Positions 21,804 through 30,718 of a stretch of 64,000 bases of DNA are shown in pieces (positions within the stretch are counted from its first letter, which is position 1; each line of letters starts with the position of its first letter). The stretch is from IMG/VR virus record IMGVR_UViG_3300001346_000004. The stretch is one strand, 5' to 3'. The notes beneath the pieces are model-generated. The model ran no database searches, was not told where the DNA came from, and worked only from the letters and a program-made list of their open reading frames with translations. This stretch comes from an uncultured virus (IMG/VR IMGVR_UViG_3300001346_000004). Its lineage: Duplodnaviria > Heunggongvirae > Uroviricota > Caudoviricetes. The translations under genes and the position numbers were made by a program.

Positions 21804-22625
21804 ATGAGAAAAGTAAAATACCTTAACAATAGAGACATATTAGCACAAATACACAAGAGTAAATCCGCCTTCTGCTCCTTTGTAGATAAAGATTTTCATC
21901 AATATGATATTATACTGCCAAGTCTCGAAAAAATTAACATTAGAACTACAGCCGAAGCAAAACGCAACCGTGCTGCTAGACTTGCGAGGGAAAATCACGA
22001 AGCAGCCGTAATGGCCGCTGGAAAGAAGATTCCTGCTAAAGAGTTCAATATAGATTATAAAACCATGGAAAAAACGGATTTAGTTTTCCGTATTATGTCA
22101 TTTGAACATATTCCTGAAGATCTTACACGTAAGAAAACAAAAAAGACAGTTGCTGACAGCCATGTTAAAGTAAACTTTCCTCCTTTTCAACATTGGAAGT
22201 TTGATGACAAAGGAAATTTAATATGTGTAGGCAAAAGTCACTGGGAAGGTGGTATGGAGAACGGTTTCTTCAATCCTAAAGCAGGTAAAGCAACAAATGA
22301 ACTTGCTCGCATGTGGATAAAACTTTGTGAAAGATATGCTACAAGAGGAAATGTACGAGGCTATACTTACAACGATGAAATGAAAGGACAAGCAATATTA
22401 CAATTAGCACAAATTGGGTTGCAGTTTGATGAATCAAAATCACAAAATCCATTCGCTTATTATACAGCCGCAGTAACTAATTCTTTTGTTAGGATCATTA
22501 ATATTGAAAAACGTAATCAAAATATAAGAGATGATATCTTAGAAATGAACGGAATGAATCCTAGTTGGACTAGACAGAATGCCGACACACATCCTAGTCA
22601 ACCTAAAGAAAAGAAAAAAACTTGA
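21804..22625 (+). CDS. gp55: Late-transcription sigma factor, gp55-like
   Basis: YLNNRDIL N-terminus; NVRGYTYNDEMKGQAILQL.....QFDESKSQNPFAYYT....NSF.RI...EK matches gp55; precedes gp47/gp46 as in T4-like phages. Confidence 0.85.
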   Translation: MRKVKYLNNRDILAQIHKSKSAFCSFVDKDFHQYDIILPSLEKINIRTTAEAKRNRAARLARENHEAAVMAAGKKIPAKEFNIDYKTMEKTDLVFRIMSFEHIPEDLTRKKTKKTVADSHVKVNFPPFQHWKFDDKGNLICVGKSHWEGGMENGFFNPKAGKATNELARMWIKLCERYATRGNVRGYTYNDEMKGQAILQLAQIGLQFDESKSQNPFAYYTAAVTNSFVRIINIEKRNQNIRDDILEMNGMNPSWTRQNADTHPSQPKEKKKT

Positions 22626-22650
22626 CATTATCAAAGATATCCGTTACAAT
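22622..22650 (+). promoter_or_regulatory. Sigma70-type promoter for the gp47-gp46 operon
   Basis: TTGACA (22622-22627), 17 nt, TACAAT (22645-22650), then AGGAG SD before ATG 22669. Confidence 0.75.
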
Positions 22651-22668
22651 ATAAAGTAAGGAGAATAA

Positions 22669-23679
22669 ATGCCGTTATTTAAGAAAGCAGCCTGCTTCAC
22701 TGATATACACTTTGGTATGAAGTCTGGTTCAAGAATACACAATGCAGATTGTGAACAATTTATAAAGTGGTTTTGTGAAGAAGCAAAAGCCGCTGGTGCT
22801 GAAACTTGTATATTTTTAGGAGACTGGCACCACAACCGTGCGACTACAGACGTCAGCACAATGAACTATACTGTTAGTAATCTAGAAAGACTTAATGAAA
22901 CGTTTGAAAAAACTTATTTCATGGTAGGTAACCATGATTTATTTTATAAAGACAAGCGTGAAATTAACTCTATTGAGTTTATGAGATTGTTTCCTAACAT
23001 TGTTCCAATAACAGATATATTTACAGAAGGTGAAGTTACATTACTTCCTTGGTTAGTTGGAGAAGAATGGAAAACAGTAAAAGATATTAAAAGCAGATAT
23101 GTGTTTGGACACTTCGAACTGCCATATTTTAAAATGAATGCAATGATTGAGATGCCTGATCACGGTGAACTACAACCAAATCACTTTATTAATCAAGAAT
23201 ATGTATTCTCAGGACACTTCCATAAACGTCAAACAAAAGGCAATGTAACCTATATGGGTAATGCATTTCCTCACAACTATGCAGACGCATGGGATGACGA
23301 ACGTGGTATGATGTTCTTAGACTGGGGAGGTACGCCTGAATATAAGACTTGGCCTAATCAGCCAGTGTTTAGAACTTTTAAACTTTCGCAACTATTAGAA
23401 AAACCTGAAGATCATTTAAAAGAAAATATGTATTGTCGTGTAACAATTGACGTACAGATTACTTTCGAAGAAGCAAACTTTATTAAAGAACAATTTATAC
23501 CACAGTTTAAACTTCGTGAACTTATGTTGATTCCAGAGAAAGTAGAAATTGAAAGCAATATCGATCCTATTGATGTTTCATTTGAAAGTGTTGATACGAT
23601 TGTATTAAACCAGATTGAACAATTAGACGGCGAAACGTATGACAGACGCATGCTTACGGAGATTTATCGAGACCTATGA
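22669..23679 (+). CDS. gp47: Recombination nuclease, Mre11/SbcD-like
   Basis: Metallophosphoesterase motifs TDIHFG, GDWHH, GNHD, GHFE, SGHFH. Confidence 0.92.
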   Translation: MPLFKKAACFTDIHFGMKSGSRIHNADCEQFIKWFCEEAKAAGAETCIFLGDWHHNRATTDVSTMNYTVSNLERLNETFEKTYFMVGNHDLFYKDKREINSIEFMRLFPNIVPITDIFTEGEVTLLPWLVGEEWKTVKDIKSRYVFGHFELPYFKMNAMIEMPDHGELQPNHFINQEYVFSGHFHKRQTKGNVTYMGNAFPHNYADAWDDERGMMFLDWGGTPEYKTWPNQPVFRTFKLSQLLEKPEDHLKENMYCRVTIDVQITFEEANFIKEQFIPQFKLRELMLIPEKVEIESNIDPIDVSFESVDTIVLNQIEQLDGETYDRRMLTEIYRDL

Positions 23680-25454
23680 TAAGAATTAAAAACATCACAG
23701 TTAAAAACTTTATGAGTGTGGGTAATCAAACTCAAGCAATTGATTTTGACAAAGGAGAACTTACACTTGTGCTAGGTGAAAACCTAGACTTAGGCGGTGA
23801 CGGTAGCGGTTCCAGAAACGGCACTGGTAAAACCACTATCGTCAACGCACTAAGTTATGCAATCTATGGCAATGCCCTTACAAATATTAAGAGAGACAAT
23901 CTTATCAACAAGATTAACGGCAAGGGCATGTTGGTTACTATCGAATTTGAGAAAGATAATATACAATATAGCATACAGAGAGGCAGAAAGCCTAATACTT
24001 TAAAGTTTACTGTTAATGGTACTGAACAAGAACCAACAGATACTGACGAAGCACAAGGTGATAGTAGAGAAACACAGAAAGATATCGAAGCATTATTTGG
24101 TATGAGCCATGACATGTTCAAGCATATACTTGCATTGAACACGTACACAGAGCCTTTCCTATCAATGAAGAACAACGATCAACGTGCTGTTATTGAACAA
24201 CTGCTTGGTATTACAATGCTTTCTGAGAAAGCAGAAATACTTAAAGACAAAATGAAAACTAATAGAGATGGTATTAGTACAGAGAGTACAAGAATAGAAA
24301 CAGTAAAAGCAAGTAATGAAAGAATTGAAGAAAATATTCAAAGCCTTGAACGCAAACAGCGTATGTGGGAAGATACAAAACAACAGAATATAAAGTCATT
24401 AAATGCAAGTATTGCAGCACTTGAAAAAATTGATATTGAATCAGAGATTGAAGCACACAAATGTTGGGAGCGTTTTAACGATAGAAAGCGTTCGCTTGAT
24501 GAAGCACAGCGTTGGATGGCATCTATTACTGCGGATACTGAGAAGCAAGAAAAAACAATTACAAAACTAGATAAAGAAGTTGCAGCACTTAAGGATCACA
24601 AGTGTTATGCTTGTGGGCAAGAACTACATGATAGTAAACAAGATGAAATCCTTAAAGGAAAAGAAGAACTATTGCAAGAAGCAGCACAACAAATACTAAC
24701 AAACGAAACACAATATCAAGAACACGCAAAGGTTATTGCTGATATAGGTGAACTAGAAAGTTGCCCTGCGACACAATATGATAGTGTTGAAGAAGCATAC
24801 AATCATCGTAACACAGTTGAAAGTTTACAAAAAGAACTAGAACAAAAGGAAACAGATGAAAATCCATATCTTGAACAGATCGATGATTTAAAAGAAACTG
24901 CGATACAAGAAGTTAGTTTTGATAAACTAAATGATCTTACAAAAGAAAAAGATCATATGGACTTCTTGTACAAACTGCTTACTAATAAAGATAGTTTTGT
25001 TCGTAAAAAGATTATTGAACAGAACTTAGCATATCTAAATCAACGTTTAACATACTACTTGTCTAAAGTAGGATTACCGCATATTGTTGAATTTCAGAAC
25101 GATTTAACAGTGGTTATTACACAACTAGGACAGGACTTAGACTTCGATAACCTCAGTAGAGGAGAACGAAATAGACTCATATTAAGTCTAAGTTGGGCAT
25201 TTAGAGATGTATGGGAATCTTTATATCACGGTATCAATCTATTGTTTATTGATGAACTTGTAGATAGTGGTATGGATAGTGCTGGAGTTGAAAGCAGTAT
25301 TAGTATTCTTAAGAAAATGACACGTGAACGTAATAAGAATGTATTCTTAATCTCGCACAGAGATGATTTAGCAGGGCGTGTTAATCATGTATTGAAAGTT
25401 ATTAAGGAGAATGGGTTTACTTCATATTCAAACGATATTGAAATAGTCCAATAA
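23676..25454 (+). CDS. gp46: Recombination ATPase, Rad50/SbcC-like
   Basis: Walker A NGTGKT, coiled coil with CYAC zinc hook, LSRGE signature, Walker B LLFIDE, SH H-loop. Confidence 0.93.
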   Translation: MIRIKNITVKNFMSVGNQTQAIDFDKGELTLVLGENLDLGGDGSGSRNGTGKTTIVNALSYAIYGNALTNIKRDNLINKINGKGMLVTIEFEKDNIQYSIQRGRKPNTLKFTVNGTEQEPTDTDEAQGDSRETQKDIEALFGMSHDMFKHILALNTYTEPFLSMKNNDQRAVIEQLLGITMLSEKAEILKDKMKTNRDGISTESTRIETVKASNERIEENIQSLERKQRMWEDTKQQNIKSLNASIAALEKIDIESEIEAHKCWERFNDRKRSLDEAQRWMASITADTEKQEKTITKLDKEVAALKDHKCYACGQELHDSKQDEILKGKEELLQEAAQQILTNETQYQEHAKVIADIGELESCPATQYDSVEEAYNHRNTVESLQKELEQKETDENPYLEQIDDLKETAIQEVSFDKLNDLTKEKDHMDFLYKLLTNKDSFVRKKIIEQNLAYLNQRLTYYLSKVGLPHIVEFQNDLTVVITQLGQDLDFDNLSRGERNRLILSLSWAFRDVWESLYHGINLLFIDELVDSGMDSAGVESSISILKKMTRERNKNVFLISHRDDLAGRVNHVLKVIKENGFTSYSNDIEIVQ

Positions 25455-25458
25455 TATT

Positions 25459-25704
25459 ATGGCAACTGACAGTCACGACAAAATGATTGAAGCGTTCCAG
25501 AACTATTTTAAATGGCAGGAACGTTTTGAATATCATGGAAGTGATGAAGCAGGCATTAAGTCTCGCTTTTGGTTGTCAGAGATACGTAACTTTGCAAGTG
25601 TAAGGCGTAAAGAAATACAAGATAAAAGGCAAGAAAGAAAAGAATCCAGAAAAGGCATGGTCGGTCGTCCTACTAAAGTAAGTAAGACTGATGAAGATTC
25701 CTAG
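25459..25704 (+). CDS. Small basic helical protein (possibly Hc1/histone-H1-like DNA binding)
   Basis: 81 aa, basic C-terminus, AG.KSR.WLSEIR.....RRKEIQ pattern; family assignment tentative. Confidence 0.5.
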   Translation: MATDSHDKMIEAFQNYFKWQERFEYHGSDEAGIKSRFWLSEIRNFASVRRKEIQDKRQERKESRKGMVGRPTKVSKTDEDS

Positions 25705-26140
25705 TTGGACATTTGAAGGCAAAGAAATAGAAAGTATTCCAAATGAATATGAAGGCTTTGTGTATCTTATCACCAACAAGACTAATAATAAAAAATACGT
25801 AGGCAAAAAACTAGCCAAGTTTAAAACAACTAAACCACCACTCAAAGGCAAAAAAAACAAGAGGCGCGGATACAAAGAGTCAGACTGGCAAGACTATTGG
25901 GGTAGTTCCGATAACTTACAGGCTGATGTTGACGCACTAGGCCCTCAAAACTTTACGAGAGATATAATTTACATGTGTCACGGTAGAGGCGAAATGTCCT
26001 ATCTTGAAGCACGAGAGCAGTTTGACCGTAGAGTTTTAGAATCAGATGAATATTACAATGGCATCATAAACGTTAGAGTAGGCGGTTCAGACAAATTACG
26101 CAAGGCACTTCTAGAAAGACATATCAAAACCAAGGCTTAA
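25691..26140 (+). CDS. Stand-alone GIY-YIG family endonuclease
   Basis: GFVYLITNKTNNKKYVGKK (GIY-YIG), YWGSS, conserved E (YLEAREQF) and YYNGII; no C-terminal NUMOD/HTH domain. Confidence 0.8.
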   Translation: MKIPSWTFEGKEIESIPNEYEGFVYLITNKTNNKKYVGKKLAKFKTTKPPLKGKKNKRRGYKESDWQDYWGSSDNLQADVDALGPQNFTRDIIYMCHGRGEMSYLEAREQFDRRVLESDEYYNGIINVRVGGSDKLRKALLERHIKTKA

Positions 26141-26144
26141 CTTA

Positions 26145-26582
26145 ATCTACATAGCAACACTGTTTGGTCGAGGCTGCTCGACCCACTTTGAACTTGTGAG
26201 AAATACACCGGTGGACTAGTGCGTTGCAAGGACAATACTAACTTAGGTATAAAAGATCGTGGCTCTGAGAAAAAGCAACCACAGAGTAAGTGATTTCGAC
26301 TGTTTGGGATTAACTACTTTCCGCGTATTATGCGAATGCTGAAGTAGGGGGTATGCGGTACGCCGCCTCCGTACATATTATATGTAATCTTCTTAAACAG
26401 GGTGGTGATGCTAACTCACATGAAGCTCAACAACACATTCGCCCGGCAACGGGCGAATTGTGGCTCTACTATCTACATGATGCTAACAAAATTACTTCGT
26501 AATTGTTGTAATCATATATATAATGTGTAAGAAGAAAAATGCATTGAGCTTTAGCGAAAATGCATAAGATCTTTAGATCTTA
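26145..26582 (+). ncRNA. Candidate large structured non-coding RNA (or structured origin region)
   Basis: ORF-free and visibly more GC-rich than flanks. Nested stems: GGTCGAG-GCTG-CTCGACC, CTGTTTGGGA/TCTTAAACAG, GCGG-TACG-CCGC, ATTCGCCCG-GCAA-CGGGCGAAT and others; G-U pairs and GNRA/UNCG-type loops favour the plus strand. Confidence 0.6.
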
Positions 26583-26598
26583 CTTACAATGTAAATGA

Positions 26599-26605
26599 AT
26601 AAATA
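26599..26605 (+). promoter_or_regulatory. Late promoter ATAAATA
   Basis: 30 nt upstream of ATG 26636. Confidence 0.6.
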
Positions 26606-26635
26606 ACATTACATAACGGTTATGGATAGGAATCA

Positions 26636-27544
26636 ATGCGTTTAAACGAAATTCTGATTGAACAACAAGTAGATGAAGCACCGCAGGGCTTTCTAGCTCG
26701 TATGGGTAAAAAAGCAAAATCTTTAGTTCCGGGTCAAACTGGAAGAAAGGCTAAGGGTGATCTTGAAGTAGGTAAAGAAGCAAACTGGTTAAAACAGCAG
26801 TTTGATACGTATTTAGGTAAAGTAGGAAAACCTCCTAGTCCACAACTAGTAATCGATTTCTTAAGAAAAAACAACTATCCTACAGGTGACGCTGAACAGG
26901 AAATGACCAAAGTAACTAGAGGTCAAAAAGTTGGCGCGGCTGCTGGCGCAGCAGTTAAAGGTGTTGGTAAAGCCGTAGGAGCAGTAGGCAAAGGCATAGC
27001 AGATGTTGCTAAAGGTGCTGCTGCAGGTGCACAAAAAGGTTTAGAAAAAATCAATCAAGTGAATCCTAATGATGCACAGAAACAAACTGATGCAAAGCCT
27101 GGTACGCCAGCAACTGATACAAATGCAAAGCCTGTTGATAAAGCAGCAGATACACCAGATAACAATATAGCAATTAAAGGTGCTAAGAAAAAAATTGTAC
27201 CACCTAGCGCGAACAACAAGCAAGTAGTTAATCAATCTATTGATTGGAGCGAAGCAACGTTTATATTTGAAAACGATGCTGCTGCTGTTTCTTTATCAGG
27301 TGGACAACTAGATAATGTTTTTATGGCAGCGGTAAGACAAGCAATTGCACGTGATGAAGGTGGACAAGCAGATCAAGGAACAGGAGTTGCTCCAGCAAAC
27401 GCACAGCAAGGCGGACTAAAAGGTGCAGCACAAGGTGCAGCAGGACAATTTAAAGATGCAGGCTCGACACTACCACCTGAACTGCAAGCAAAATTAGAAA
27501 TGCTTCCTGCTAAAGACAGACAACAACTATTGAAGATGCTATAA
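26636..27544 (+). CDS. Putative internal virion protein, Ala/Gly/Lys-rich
   Basis: 302 aa behind a late promoter; N-terminus MRLNEILIEQQVDE resembles protease-cleaved capsid-targeting leaders. Confidence 0.6.
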   Translation: MRLNEILIEQQVDEAPQGFLARMGKKAKSLVPGQTGRKAKGDLEVGKEANWLKQQFDTYLGKVGKPPSPQLVIDFLRKNNYPTGDAEQEMTKVTRGQKVGAAAGAAVKGVGKAVGAVGKGIADVAKGAAAGAQKGLEKINQVNPNDAQKQTDAKPGTPATDTNAKPVDKAADTPDNNIAIKGAKKKIVPPSANNKQVVNQSIDWSEATFIFENDAAAVSLSGGQLDNVFMAAVRQAIARDEGGQADQGTGVAPANAQQGGLKGAAQGAAGQFKDAGSTLPPELQAKLEMLPAKDRQQLLKML

Positions 27545-27545
27545 C

Positions 27546-30485
27546 ATGAGATTAGAACAGTTACAAAAAAAATATATTACTGAAGGGTGGAATAATCCTG
27601 AAATGCTTTTATTGGAACAAAAGGTAATTAATCCTTTTGTAAGCAATGTAGAACGTATTGTTCTTGAAGCAGAATTAACAGCAGACCAAATTAAACAGGT
27701 ATTTGCAAATGTAGAACAAGGTGCAACTGATGCAGGATCAAACAGAACAGCAATAGGTAAAGGCACAGATGCTGTTAAAAATACAGCCGTTGCAATTAAT
27801 CAACAAATTGATAAACTTGGTGCTGCGATTCAAAAAGCAGGCCCTGTACAAAATATAGACGCTAAGTTTAAAGAATTAAAAGCAAAGATAGGCGACAAAG
27901 ATTCTAAAGTAGTAGGTGCTGTAAAAGCAGTAAGCGACTGGGCAAAAGAAAATCCAGGTAAGGCAAGTGTTGCTGTTGCTATTCTTACTTCAGCCGCTGC
28001 ACTAGCAGGTGGACCATTAGGCGGTTTGATAGGCGGTTTCCTTGCTCGAGCAACTAAAGACGTATTACAAGGCAAAGAACTTTCTACAGCAGTTGGTAAG
28101 TCAATTAAAACTGGTGCTATTGGTGCTCTTGCTGGTGGCGCAATTGAAATGATTGGCGACCTAGTAGATCCAGAACTTGCACAAACACTTATAGCAAGTG
28201 ACGGACAATCAATTGATGTAAGCGGGCTAGAAGGAATGGCAGTTACAAAAATTGCAAATCTTCCTGTAGATGCAGCAGAGGATCTACTTAAGACACAAAA
28301 CGCATTAGAAACAGCACTTAAAAATGTAACTGGTGCTGAACAAGAAATATTCCAAGCAGAATTTGAAGAAATCAGTAATAAAATTAACGAATTAGGTGGC
28401 AGAGAGGCACTTGCTGATCATGCAGGCCTAGAAGGTCAAGACTTACAAACAAGTACAACAACTTCAACAGATGTAGGTGTTGATAAAACAGAATTACCAG
28501 GCGATGATGGCCAATATGGCGATCAAGATTCAGGCACGGCCGACGGTGGTGCTGTAGACAGTTCAACTGTTGAAACTGTTCCAGGACAAACTATCGAAGC
28601 AGACACGCTTAAAGAGGCAGGTATCAACTTTGATACTGAACCAAACATTTCACCTGAAGTAAAGGCATGGGCTGAATCAAAAGGCATTGATGCTGACGAA
28701 TTGCAAAAAATGTTCCAAATGGAAAAAGCAATGACTGATGCAGAATTTATGGGAACAACTATTTCAGCAAATGAATCTAGTGCAACGTCGTGGGCAGGCG
28801 ATGATGTTCCTGCACTAGGAACAACAACTTTGCCAGATGGTACAGAAATTCAAGTAGGCGACCAATTTAGTTCACAAGTAAGCACAAGTGTAGGCGGTAT
28901 TGAACCACCTATTAACTTTAATGCTGAAGTTAGTATTAATGGTGTTGATGCAAATGGAGATGCTGTATTTGTTGTAAAATCAGTACAAACTATGGAAACG
29001 CACCCTGTATGGGATAATATTGATAAAGCAAATTTATCAGAAGAAGATAGCCAGAAGTTGTTCGACTTCTTAGGTGCATATTCAGGCACTTCAATGGATT
29101 CTCAAGCAGGAATCGAAACACTAGTTGATACATTCAAGCAGGATGTTGCAAAGTCAATTGGTGCAGCAGCAGTTGCGGTAGCAATGAGTGTAGCATTACA
29201 AGATAAAAAAGTTGTAGCAAAAGGCGAAGGCGGAGATGCAGCCGCAAAAGAAGAATCAATTAATTACAAAGTCAAAAGACTTAGCGAAGGACAGATTTAT
29301 ATGCTGTTCAACAGAGTTGAAACTGTAAACACACATATGCTAGAAAACAAAATAATGTTTGAAAGTGTGTTTGATGCAGTATCACATTATCATAGACATA
29401 ATTTGAATGAAGGTCCTATGGATGCAATTAAAGGCGCAGCAAGTAAAGTAGGCGGCGCTCTTAAAACAGGAGCCAAAGCAGCAGGCAGCGCAATCAGTGG
29501 AGCAGCAAAACAAGTTACTACAAAAGTAACAGCAGAAAAATTAATGACTGCTTGGAAGAAAGCAGACTCACCAACTGACAGTGCGGCAGTTTACGATGTA
29601 ATTAAAGGACTAGGTGTTGCAGACGATGTTATTAAAGGCACTTATGATTCTATGAAGATTGAAGTTCCTGGAACAACTGATGCACCAGACGCAGACAAAG
29701 ATGCTGATGCAGCAGATCAATCAACAGATGACCCGAACGCAACAACAGCAGGCGATGCAGGCGATCAAGCAACAGATGCACCAGCACCTGGAGCAGGGAA
29801 TACTGATACATCTAGTACCGATCCAGCAACAGGTAACGCTACATTAAGTAAAGATGAAAGATATGTTTTACAAAAAAATGCAAATGATGAAACTAAAGTA
29901 GATATTATTGATAAGCAAACTAGTAAGCCTGTTAAAGATGGTGTTGCTCTTGATCCTGAAAAAGCAGAACCTATGAGCGATAACATGAATAAAGAAGCAG
30001 GCGCATTTACACCAAAAGGCGAAAGATACACAATGCAACCAAGTACTGTAGATCCTAAGAAATTTGATGTTGTAGATGCCCAAACTGATAAACCTATCAA
30101 AGGTGGAGCAAATATCGAACCAGGAGCAGCAGAAGAACTAAGTGATAAAATGAATTCTCAAACGTCAACTTCTACAGCAACAGCAACTGATACTACAACA
30201 ACTGATAAACCAGCAGCAGATGGTGCAACAGACGCGAATACAGCGTCAACAAACGGTGATCAAGGTGCAGATGCAACAACTACAGCAACTGATCCAGTAG
30301 ACGCAAATAACGATGGTATAGACGATAATACAGGAAATCCTATTGCCCAAAATAGAGGCGCAGGACAAGGAAAAGATACAGCAGCGCCTGGAGGTACTCC
30401 GGCAAATATAAACGATTTGGCTGCTGAACTTAAAAAGTTAAAACCAGAACAGATTGAAGACGCTAAAAAGTTACTAGCAGCCTAA
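27546..30485 (+). CDS. Large putative internal/ejection virion protein
   Basis: 979 aa; hydrophobic glycine-zipper segment (ASVAVAILTSAAALAGGPLGGLIGGFLA), acidic low-complexity tracts, internal 55-aa duplication. Confidence 0.6.
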   Translation: MRLEQLQKKYITEGWNNPEMLLLEQKVINPFVSNVERIVLEAELTADQIKQVFANVEQGATDAGSNRTAIGKGTDAVKNTAVAINQQIDKLGAAIQKAGPVQNIDAKFKELKAKIGDKDSKVVGAVKAVSDWAKENPGKASVAVAILTSAAALAGGPLGGLIGGFLARATKDVLQGKELSTAVGKSIKTGAIGALAGGAIEMIGDLVDPELAQTLIASDGQSIDVSGLEGMAVTKIANLPVDAAEDLLKTQNALETALKNVTGAEQEIFQAEFEEISNKINELGGREALADHAGLEGQDLQTSTTTSTDVGVDKTELPGDDGQYGDQDSGTADGGAVDSSTVETVPGQTIEADTLKEAGINFDTEPNISPEVKAWAESKGIDADELQKMFQMEKAMTDAEFMGTTISANESSATSWAGDDVPALGTTTLPDGTEIQVGDQFSSQVSTSVGGIEPPINFNAEVSINGVDANGDAVFVVKSVQTMETHPVWDNIDKANLSEEDSQKLFDFLGAYSGTSMDSQAGIETLVDTFKQDVAKSIGAAAVAVAMSVALQDKKVVAKGEGGDAAAKEESINYKVKRLSEGQIYMLFNRVETVNTHMLENKIMFESVFDAVSHYHRHNLNEGPMDAIKGAASKVGGALKTGAKAAGSAISGAAKQVTTKVTAEKLMTAWKKADSPTDSAAVYDVIKGLGVADDVIKGTYDSMKIEVPGTTDAPDADKDADAADQSTDDPNATTAGDAGDQATDAPAPGAGNTDTSSTDPATGNATLSKDERYVLQKNANDETKVDIIDKQTSKPVKDGVALDPEKAEPMSDNMNKEAGAFTPKGERYTMQPSTVDPKKFDVVDAQTDKPIKGGANIEPGAAEELSDKMNSQTSTSTATATDTTTTDKPAADGATDANTASTNGDQGADATTTATDPVDANNDGIDDNTGNPIAQNRGAGQGKDTAAPGGTPANINDLAAELKKLKPEQIEDAKKLLAA
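29850..30155 (+). repeat. Two diverged 55-aa (165-nt offset) repeats in the 979-aa protein
   Basis: KDERYVLQKNANDETKVDIIDKQTSKPVKDG..LDPEKAEPMSDNMN vs KGERYTMQPSTVDPKKFDVVDAQTDKPIKGG..IEPGAAEELSDKMN. Confidence 0.8.
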
Positions 30486-30685
30486 AAGAAAGGCAGTTGG
30501 GTTTTTTTGGTAGTTTCTAAATTTTCTTTAATTATTTCGCCGACAATTTCACGCTCTTCATTGCCAAGGTGCATGCCTTCGCTGTAACTGAGGCCTCGCA
30601 TATACCAGCACATCTTCAAGACTTCCTTCTTGATCGCCCTCGCCTCATTATCTAATTTTTTTACTTCTTGCAAGATCTCCGGCAA
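30482..30685 (-). CDS. Small hub/tail assembly chaperone partner (gp51-like position), probably expressed as a -1 frameshift extension
   Basis: Only a TTG start with no nearby SD; lies in the -1 frame of the upstream gene and is open back through the slippery site; WYMRG.SY.E...L..EER motif. Confidence 0.65.
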   Translation of the reverse strand: MPEILQEVKKLDNEARAIKKEVLKMCWYMRGLSYSEGMHLGNEEREIVGEIIKENLETTKKTQLPFF

Positions 30686-30718
30686 GGATAACTTTAAGAT
30701 CTTGCTCCGAAAAAATTT
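30670..30718 (-). other. Programmed -1 ribosomal frameshift signal
   Basis: In-frame A-AAT-TTT (30718-30712; also T-TTT-TTC), 6-nt spacer, then perfect 9-bp stem GCAAGATCT/AGATCTTGC (30705-30697 / 30678-30670). Confidence 0.75.

Noticed and set aside
25691..26140. Classical mobile homing endonuclease
   Set aside because: No DNA-binding extension and not inserted in an intron or gene; overlaps upstream ORF like a resident operon member
26141..26600. Group I/II intron, tmRNA, tRNA or CRISPR interpretation of the structured gap
   Set aside because: No P/Q/R/S core, no convincing domain V, no T-arm/CCA end, no regularly spaced repeats; flanking genes are intact
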